Positions 54,890 through 64,000 of a DNA stretch of 64,000 nucleotides are shown in pieces. Source of the DNA: Octopus vulgaris (Eukaryota); assembly GCA_951406725.2 (NCBI GenBank), contig OX597823.1:67518001-67582000 (forward strand), in the 5' to 3' direction. Positions within the stretch are counted from its first letter, which is position 1, and the number at the start of each line of letters is the position of its first letter. The notes below the pieces were generated by a model. That model was not told the origin of the DNA. It worked only from the letters and a program-made list of their open reading frames with translations, and did no database searches. Position numbers and translations under genes: made by a program.

Positions 54890-55859
54890 CTGAAAAAAAT
54901 AATCAAAAAAGGATTAAGAAATTTAATGGTGACACAAAAACATGACTGATATCCATATTTGTTACACAAATTTCAAGTGTTCTTGATTTTATTTGTTGGT
55001 GGTAATTGTTATCTAACTAAAGAGTTCTAACTGAGCAAAGATATTTAAGAACAAAACACTTCTGTCATGACAGTCCAATCTTTTGGGATACCTAGGATGA
55101 GGATTCCTAGTTTTTTCTACTTTCTACCGAAACAAAAAAGATTATTGATTACTTTGAGATAAAACAATAAAACTACTGGTGCACTTTACGTTGGAAATTT
55201 GTTTTAAATGGTTAAACCACTAAACTACTTAACCCTGGATAAGCTTTTAAACTGCATCTAGTGGTCAAGAGATTTGTTGTCCAAGGCATCCTTCCTTCAT
55301 TGAGATTACTTAAGAAAATTTAGTTGCAGGAGTGGCTGTGTGGTAACTAGCTTGCATACAAACCACATGGTTGCAGATTCAATCCCACTGCATGGCACCT
55401 TGGGCAAGTGTCCTTTACTATAGTCTCGGGCTGACCAAAGCCTTGTGAGTGGATTTGGTGGATGGAAACTGAAAAGTCCGGCGTATATATGTATATATAT
55501 GTGTGTGTGTGTGTTTGTGTGTCTGTGTTTGTCCCCCCTCCAACATCACTTGACAACCGATGCTGGTGTGTTTACATCCCTGTAATTTAGCGGTTCGGCA
55601 AAAGTGACTGATAGAATAAGTACCAGGCTTACAAAGAATAAGTCCTGGGATCGATTTGCTCGACTAAAGGCGGTGCTCCAGCACGGCTGCAGTCAAATGA
55701 CTGAAACAAGTAAAAGAGTAAAAGAGTTGCTATTTCTGGCAAGCAGAACAACCACATAAAAGTTCTTGACATCAAAGTAAAAGGAGCAAGAAAAAAGAGC
55801 CCAGACTAAATGTTAGTCTCATAACTTTTGGACAAACATTTCAATTCATCATACTCCTT

Positions 55860-56555
55860 TTGTGCAAGTATACTGCACACATGCAAAATGTGATTGATAC
55901 TTTCATTTCCTTTCCTGCAGATTCTACATTAGCTGTCTGACTGGGTTTTGTTGATCTTTGCCTTTTTCAGATTTCTTCTGAGGGCTTGTTTGTGAGTGGT
56001 GCTAAAATTAGTGCTTAAGTCTCTCATTTCAATTTCCCATCCATCAACCAAAGCCAGCATTCTTTACTTCCAACATTTTTGGTTTGTTGTACAAATCAGC
56101 CACGTAATTTCATTTCTTTCCATTCGTTTGTTCTGTTGTTCTTCATTTTCTGTTTGAATTCTCCAACTGTTTCAGTCACTTTCTGGATATCTCTGTCTGC
56201 CAATAGTATTCTTTCTTTACTCTGCACAACATAATTTTTCAGACCCGGAATCATAGTATTAACAGTGTCTTCTGTGATGAGTAATCCTCTGCCACCTTCC
56301 TTTCTTGGTAGATAGAATCGGTCGGTATTACTTTTATAGGGTGGAGTGTGTTCTTCAGTATGAGCAGCTTTCTTGTTCTTATATCCAAGTTCTGTAACTC
56401 GACCGTTGTCCATTGCAAAAAGGGAGCAGTGTATCTCAGTAATGTGGTATAACCCATGTCTTTATGGCTTTAATGATGTTCCCTCCATTTAACTATTTCA
56501 AACACCTTTCTAATTCTCCTCTTGTGCTCTTTATTGACTTTCTCCCTCATATGCT
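55860..56555 (-). mobile_element. R4/Dong-like non-LTR retrotransposon fragment
   Basis: Reads IIKAI...LRYTAPFLQWTTVELQNLDIRTRKLL...DRFYLPRKEGGRGL across frameshifts. Confidence 0.75.
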
Positions 56556-56710
56556 TAGCAACATTTTGCCCAGTTTTATGTTCTGAGTTCAAATTTCTTT
56601 TTATCCTCTTTAGGTTGATAAAATAAGTACGAGTTACACACTGGGGTTGATGTAATCAACTTACCCTTCCCCCAGAATTGTTGGCCTTGTATCAAAATTT
56701 GATAGCAACA

Positions 56711-56747
<37 letters not shown>

Positions 56748-56814
56748 GGCTATGAGCTGGCAGAATCATTAGCATGCTGGATGAAATGCTTAGCAGTATT
56801 TTGCCCATCACTAC

Positions 56815-56992
56815 ATATGTAAACTCTCTAAAGGAATGTAAAGATGCAGGCCGGAAAGCAGAGCATTTTCCAATCGAAGTCAGATGTAGAGGTTTCTTTG
56901 GACACAGTGTGAGGCAACTGATGTTATCGTTGGACCTAACTCATTGTAAAGCAAGTACCATCATGAGTGATATCCAAACTGCAGTGGAAAAG
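56815..56992 (+). mobile_element. RLE-type LINE C-terminal fragment nested in a SINE
   Basis: Reads ECKDAGRKAEHFPIEVRCRGFFGHSVRQL (FPxEVGCRGF motif). It splits a SINE between ...catcactac and tctgctgagtttgac. Confidence 0.65.
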
Positions 56993-57346
56993 TCTGCTGA
57001 GTTTGACTTTACCTTTCACCCTTTTGGGGTCGATGAAATAAGTACCTATTTCTTTATTACCCACAAGGGGCTAAACACAGAGGGGACAAACAAGGACAGA
57101 CATAGGTATTAAGTCGATTACATCGACCCCAGTGTGTAACTGGTACTTAATTTATCGACCCCGAAAGGATGAAAGGCAAAGTCGACCTCGGCGGAATTTG
57201 AACTCAGAACGTAACGACAGGCGAAATACCGCTAAGCCTTTCGCCCGAGGTGCTAACGTCTCTAGTACCAGTTATGCACTGGAGTTGATGTAATCAACTA
57301 GACCCCTCCCCACAATTTCAGGCCTTGTACCTATAGTAGAAAGGCC

Positions 57347-57382
<36 letters not shown>

Positions 57383-57856
57383 AAAGGGCGAGTGGAATTT
57401 GGCTATTATATCTAGCAGTCTATAGATTCTGGAGTGGAATGCAGAGAGGTGGCTAACCCATAGAGACCTAATCTGAATAACAACCTTTCACTTATATATT
57501 TTTTATACAATGATACTGCAAGTAATAAACAAGATTTTATTTTTAGTTCTTTCCTCCCACTACTACCACCACCACCACCACCACTGCCATCATTTATTTT
57601 ATTTAATCTTAAAAACTAGCTTAAGATATCATATTTTTCAAAACCTCTCCCTCCCAAAAAACTAAAAATGGATAGCAAAAAATTCTGAAATACATCAAAG
57701 ATGGCTTTTTTGTTATTGTTTTCATTTTATGTGTTTATTTATTTATTTATTTAATTTATTTATTTAATTTATTTATTTTATTTATTATGTTTGTTGAAAG
57801 TTTACATTATTCACTTTTGGCAACTATATTTACATACATAATCTGTTTGAAATGTG

Positions 57857-57888
<32 letters not shown>

Positions 57889-60659
57889 CGCGCGTACATT
57901 CACATACGCATACAAAACAAAAGTGTAGAAAAATTGTGATCCCTGCTTTAATGATTGTTATATGGAGGAGAAGAAGAAGAAGAAGAAGAAGAAGAAGAAG
58001 AAGAAGAAGAAGAAGAAGAAGAAGAAGAAGAAGAAGAAGGAAGAGGAGTAGGAATGGGAGTGGGAGCAGAAGAGGCTTGTTTTCAATGTAATGTAAGCCA
58101 ACATAAGGGATCAGGGTAAATTGCAAAAGCTGGTATACATGCATCATATTATATTATACATAGATCCAGTCAGTTGATCAACAGTATCAATGCTATCAAC
58201 AAGTGCATAACAGTATCAACAACAGCATCAACAACAACAGCATGTGAGCCAACAAGGGGACTTCCATGCAGTCATTCAGCCTGTACTCAACTGCCTTCAA
58301 ATTACACCCTACCATGTTAAGTAGAGGACAGACGCATTTGATAATGTAGTCCCACATAGACCTAAAATGAAAAATTTTTTTAAATGGTGCTTCAACAACT
58401 TGACAACATTTTATTTGTAATTTAATTCAAGGCCATGGTGGTTAAGAAGCTTCCATTGCAGCCACCTGGTTTTGAGTTCAGTCCCACTTCATGCCATCTT
58501 GGATAAGGCTCTTCTACTATAGCTCCTAACCAACCAGTGCTTTGTGAGTGAATTCAGTAGAGAGAAACTGTGTGGAAGCCTGAGCATCAGATAGGTTATG
58601 ACAAATGAGCAAGACGTTTGGCAATATACTCTTTTACTCTTTTACTTGTTTCAGTCATTTGACTGTGGCCATGCTGAAGCACTGCCTTTAGTCGAGCAAA
58701 TCAACCCCAGGACTTATTCTTTGTAAGCCAAGTACTTATTCTATCGGTCTCTTTTGCTGAACCACATCAGTTTTGCAGAACCAGCATTAGTTGTCAAGCG
58801 ATGTTGGGGGGACATACACAGACACATACAAACATATACACACACACATATATATATATACACATATATATGACGGGCTTCTTTCAGTTTCCATCTACCA
58901 AATCCACTCACAAGGCTTTGGTCGACCTGAGGCTATAGTAGAAGACACTTGCCCAAAGTGCCACGCAGTGGGACTGAACCCCGAACCATGTGGTTGGTAA
59001 ACAAGCTACTTACCACACAGCCACTCCTATGCCTATGTGTAGCTTGAGAAGATTCATCAAGCCAAGTGTAATCCTAGTCATGGCCCTTGCTAGCATCATA
59101 TAAATGACACCTGTGAAATTGCAGTCATGGCCTTTGCCAGAGTCATGCACATGGCACCCATGCCAGTGGCATGTAAAATGCACCCATTACACTCTTGGAG
59201 TGGTTGGCATTAAGAAGGGTATCCAGCTGTAGAAACCAAGCCAAATCAGACTGAAACCTGGTGCAGCTCTCCAGCTTGCCAGTTCCAGTCAAACCTTCAT
59301 ACCAGCATGGAAAACAAACTTTAAATAATAATAATAATGATGATGATGGTGGTGGTGGTGGTGATGATGGATGGATGGATATATGCTATGCCAGCATGGA
59401 AAACAAACTTTAAATGATGATGATGATAGATAGATAGATAGATAGATGAGGGGTGCTCAGAAGTTCCTTGTTTGAAGGGTACCATGAAAGGCCTGGTTGG
59501 AGGCCTAACCTTATGAGTTCTTTTACAGGGCTTTAAAAAATTGAAGGACCACTGCAATAAATGTGTGAATTTAAGAGGAGAAGAAGTTGAATAAAATCAT
59601 AATTAACTGATCTTCCTGTATTTTCTTTTACCCATGGCAAGATGGTGTGAGAGCAGTTGCTATGGCACTGAGGTAGATCCAGCCACCCCATTAACGGGAA
59701 ATAAACCCAGATTTAAAAGACTGGATGATGATAATGATGGTTTGATATGGTCATTTATAATAATTATAAAATAAATTTTGTGGATGTACAAGTCTCCATA
59801 GCCTTTATTATTATTAATATCGTTGCTATTATATTAACCTGTAGTATGTCCAAATTTGACCAAATGCATTTTTTCCAATATTTATTTTTGCTTGCAATAG
59901 CCAGTTCTTTTGGTCAAACTATCATGTCTCCAGCTGCTTCAGATGCCAAGATATGAAAACTGTCAAAGAGTAGTACAACGGTTTTGCTATGGAATGGTGA
60001 AACTATTTTTTTGTTCTCTGAAAAAGCAAAGTTTTGGACTTACGATACTTTTGCATAATAGCAACAATTTACAATTTTTACTGTCCTGCGAAGAGTACAC
60101 AAAATTACCCATTTGAAGAATTCACGGAGTGACTAACAACTAATTGTAGTCACAGGTGTTAGAAACTCATCATAGTGGTTAGCCATTAACTGAAACTTAA
60201 CTGAGAGCCAATACGGTATCTTCCCGGGTAATATATCCCTCCAAACTCACATTTATATATCTATCTATATTATACTAAAACTCAAAGTTCATCTGTTACT
60301 ACCATTTGATTAAGATGATAAAGATTACAAATAAAATAGTCATTTCCCCCTTTAAGAAAACAATCAAGTTGAAAATGTCAACACTTCAAAGAGTTGTCGA
60401 AGCTACCACCATCCGTCCTTTTATCTTACTTTCTTTTTTCTTCCCATAATCATTTATACAACTTTCTGAGTGCTGTGAACGTGAAGGATAGAAATTCTCC
60501 CTATATTTTTATGAAATATTTTTGAATTGTGGATACTTGACTTTTTTTTTTTTTAAAGGGAAAAATTTCTATTTTATTTCAAATAGAATATTAAACTTTA
60601 TCATCTTAATTAAAAGGTAGAAAAACAGACAGAGGGACTATCTTTTTATAGATGAAGAT

Positions 60660-61300
60660 CAGTTGCAGTGGGAGGAGTTGACCCTCATGAGAATGGAAAA
60701 ACAAACAACAAATGGGTTGTGCCTTATAATGAAACTCATTTAAGAGCATCCAAATGCCAATGCAACACTGATATCATTGCTTCAGTGAGGTCAATTAAGT
60801 ATGTCATCAAATACACGGTGCAAGTTGCTGTTCAAATAAACTATGATAATGAAATTAGTCAATGACTAATGGGTAGGTATACAGGACCATCTGAAGCAGT
60901 TGCATCCATTTTAGGATTTTCAATTCATGAAAGAGCACCTGCAATAGTGAGACTGCAAGTTCATCTACAAGATGAACAAAGACTATTGTTCAGAAATAAT
61001 GGGGATATATATGGCTGTCACTGAACGATATATGTGAACAATATTGACAGAATTCTTTTCATTGTGCATCAATGATGACTTTGCAAAAACATTCCTTTAT
61101 GCTGAAGTACCCATGTATTTCACTTGGAACAGTAGCAACACAGAATGGCAAAGGAGAAAGTGAGGAAAAAAGTTGGAGAAAGTGAGGAAAAAAGTTGAAG
61201 GCCATTTGAACATTTTCAAAGAAGAAACACTTGGTCATGCTTATGTTGTCACACCAAAGGCAGGAGAACTGTATTATTTAAGAATTTTATTGCATGTACC
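60660..61300 (+). mobile_element. Degraded Helitron Rep-helicase fragment
   Basis: Reads NNKWVVPYN...SVRSIKYVIKY, GRYTGPSEAVASILGFSIHERAPAIVRLQVHL, FAKTFLYAEVPMYFTWN...WQRRK and GELYYLRILLH. Confidence 0.88.
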
Positions 61301-61401
61301 ACTGATGTCCATAGGAACTTCTTGCAAGTTGTGGAAAACGATTTTCTCTTTTATCATTACTATTTTTAACTGGACTGCTACTGAATTTTAAATGTCTTTA
61401 A

Positions 61402-61608
61402 CCCTTTAGAATATCTCGCCTAAATATTCTACCTGCTTAATGTTCAAACTAGCCAGACCTGACCTCTCACATCTACCCTACAACGTCATTCTAAAAATAA
61501 ACAATCATATCATCAAAATTTCAAAACTATGAAATAATGTATGATTAATTCAAAACAATGTGAATAAATAAGCATTGCATTAGACAGAGTAATCTGAATG
61601 CTGAAGGA
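61402..61608. mobile_element. piggyBac-type MITE (second family) immediately downstream of an exon donor
   Basis: TTAA|CCCTTTAG ... CTGAAGGA|TTAA. Related copies at about 34635-34838 and 63350-63572. Confidence 0.75.
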
Positions 61609-61619
61609 TTAAGACTCAC

Positions 61620-61979
61620 CGGTGAGAGCTGGCATTTGTAGTTCTCGAAGTCCGATATCTGAGTCATTCGGTTTGTGGTTCATGATCACACACAGACTGC
61701 AAAAGCTGCCATCAGTCCATTCAAAGTTGTCTGAACCTCGAATAATCTGAAGACTGTGAAGAGGAATATAACGAGCATAGATACTAACGATAAGTACATA
61801 ACCAGTTACTATTCGAATATCTTTGAGGAAATTAAGATCATAATCTTGATCCCCATCAAGGAACTTCAGTTCTAAGTTTCCATCGACGTAAGTACAGTTT
61901 GAGTAGCGATTTTTGTATCGAGAGTAGCGTATAGCAGAATCTCCAGATATTGACATTCCATTGTCGGTACCAAGGCAAA
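61620..61979 (-). CDS. EGFR: EGFR-like receptor, exon encoding most of the L1 domain (first exon visible; phase 1 to phase 1)
   Basis: Acceptor ttctcatttcAG, donor G|GTGAGT, 360 nt. Translation xCLGTDNGMSISGD...YSNCTYVDGNLELKFL...YDLNFLKDIRIVTGYVLI...IPLHSLQIIRG...GLRELQMPALT matches ErbB L1 motifs (CxGT, NCxxVxGNLE, GYVLI, LxIIRG, GLxEL). Confidence 0.95.
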
Positions 61980-62023
61980 CTGAAATGAGAAAAAGAGTTC
62001 AATAAATTAGAAAGATATTTACT

Positions 62024-62256
62024 TATTTCTTTACTGCCCACAAGGGGCTAAACATAGAGGGGACAAACAAGGACAGACAAATGGATTAAGTCGATTACAT
62101 CAGCCCCAGTGCGTAACTGGTACTTAATTTATCGACCCCGAAAGGATGAAAGGCAAAGTTGACCTCGGCAGAATTTGAACTCAGAACGTAACGGCAGACG
62201 AAATACGGCTACACATTTCACCCGGTATGCTAATGTTTCTTCCAGCTCGCCGCCTT
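62024..62256 (-). mobile_element. Young SINE about 45 nt upstream of the L1 exon acceptor
   Basis: 14-bp TSD gaaagatatttact (62010-62023 and 62257-62270); CpG-rich. Confidence 0.85.
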
Positions 62257-62911
62257 GAAAGATATTTACTAGTCACAGAATTAGAAAGATATTTACTACA
62301 GTCACAAGGTTACAAATTTGTAGGAGACAGGCAGAGCTTACTTATTCAAACTCACATCAGTCCCTAAACACTAATTATAAATGAACCAATTAAAGAGCTT
62401 CCATATAGTCAGTTAACATGCTAAAAATGTCAGCTACATCTCCTGCAAATCATAAGTGACAGTTATCAAAAAAAAGCAAAGATATGCTGGGTAATGCAGT
62501 CCAAGATACGTTTGATGAAAAAAGAAATACAGATGGAAAGGTCAATAGTCACAAATGAAACACTTTTGATCATAGCTTTACTCAACCAGGGCTAACCTGG
62601 AGGTACCATATTTACCAGAATACAAGTCAAATTTTTCAGACCGTAATTTACAGCCAAAAAATGTGAAATGCAGCAGGATTTGAAAAGATAGTGACAATGT
62701 TCAAACGTTTATGTTATATATTATGTTGACTCATATCTGGAAAATACAGTAAATGGCAAAACAGCAACTGGTACAAATTATACTAGAACAGAGAAAAGAA
62801 TGAAAGGTAGAGTTTGCTCCAGCAAGATTTGAACACAGAATATAGAGGCTTGAAATGAATGATAAAATATATTTAGTCCAGATCATTACCAAATCTGTCA
62901 TTTTTAGCTAA

Positions 62912-63279
62912 TCTCTATATATATAAAGCTGAAGTTGTCTGTGTATGGCAGGTTTGGTAGCCTTCAACTAACACTATCTCCTGCGAGACCCTGAGGCACA
63001 AGTTGACCAAAATTGAGAGTATGATAGAAGAAGGCTTGCTCTTCCTTCTGTAGAAGAAAAAATTCAAATCGGACCATGTTAACTTTTTTCTATGAAAATC
63101 CCTATTTTTTACAATTTTTTGACAGCTGTGTTGTCATTTTTTGGTGTATTTCAACTAGAAAAATGTTCACTTAAAGAGAATAACAAGCTACATAATGCAA
63201 AATTTTTACTTTTCAAAAATTCCAATTCTAAAGGGTTGAAAAGAAAACAAGCCCGAGTAACACTGGGCTATACTGCTAG
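62912..63279 (+). mobile_element. Non-autonomous Helitron (second copy)
   Basis: A|TCTCTATATATATAAAGCTGAAG..., hairpin gcccgagtaacactgggc, CTAG|T. Confidence 0.85.
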
Positions 63280-64000
63280 TTAGATAATAAAACCAAGAAA
63301 CAAGAAATAAATGCTAAATCATTTTACTTATTCCACATCAATTGCCACTAATCTTTAGCATTTAAACTGACCATATCTGGCCAAAATATTCTGCCTGTTT
63401 TATATTCAAACCAACCAGATCTGACCTCTCGCACATAACCTACAATGTTGTTCTAAAATTAAATAATTTCATCATTGAAACCTTGGAGCTACAAGATAAT
63501 GCATGATTAAGTCAAAACAATGTGAATAAATAAGCATTACACTCGACAGAGTAACCTGAATACTAAAGGGTGAAATCTGGTTGACTGATGTTGAGAGAAA
63601 ATAGCAGAGGGCAAACAAACATCAGTACAATTCAATGAGATGCATGACTGCATATTTACACACTTAATTACAGGAATGGCTGTGGGGTTAAGAAGCTAGC
63701 TACTCAATCATGTAGTCTTGAGTTCAATCCCAGAGCACAGCAACTTGAGAAAGTGTCTTGTACTTTAGCACTGGGTCCAACAAAAGCCTTGTGAGTGGAT
63801 CTGATTGACTGAAACTGAAGACAGATAAAAAGAGAAATCAAAGGAATCCATAGGTAAAAAAATGTTTGAGAAACACTGACCTAAAATTTATTTTTCAAAA
63901 TGAAAATTTAAATTGTGTTTTCACATTTTTTTGTTACAGGTTTCTGTAAAGTGGATGGCATTATAAAGGGCATCCACCCATAAAAACCATACCAAAACAG

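Noticed and set aside
59850-60030. Minus-strand PFHSKTVVLLFDSFHIL, resembling a PIF1/Helitron helicase motif
   Set aside because: Similarity is too weak, and the adjacent sequence belongs to a plus-strand repeat of another kind.

Overview
AT-rich, repeat-saturated eukaryotic DNA. The SINE families and microsatellites suggest an octopus or other coleoid cephalopod (inference). The whole window lies inside one minus-strand, intron-rich EGFR/ErbB-family gene. I traced 11 coding exons (61979 down to 5271) with GT-AG boundaries and matching phases. They encode about 590 aa of ectodomain: L1, furin-like Cys-rich domain II, L2 and a shortened domain IV. The signal-peptide exon is presumably beyond position 64000. 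The receptor is atypical. Its dimerization arm has no aromatic residues and is polybasic, the domain IV tether motif is absent, and the last visible exon runs into a Lys/Arg-rich tail and an in-frame TAA that overlaps a possible weak splice donor. It may therefore encode a secreted, kinase-less EGFR-like decoy. The introns hold many tRNA-derived SINEs, LINE fragments (RTE, CR1, RLE-type), mariner relics, Helitrons, piggyBac/hAT-type MITEs and a probable solo LTR. They also hold an unusually rich set of Penelope-like elements with hammerhead-ribozyme motifs, plus long palindromes and foldbacks. TE boundaries are approximate. Most ORFs in the supplied track are microsatellite or SINE artefacts.
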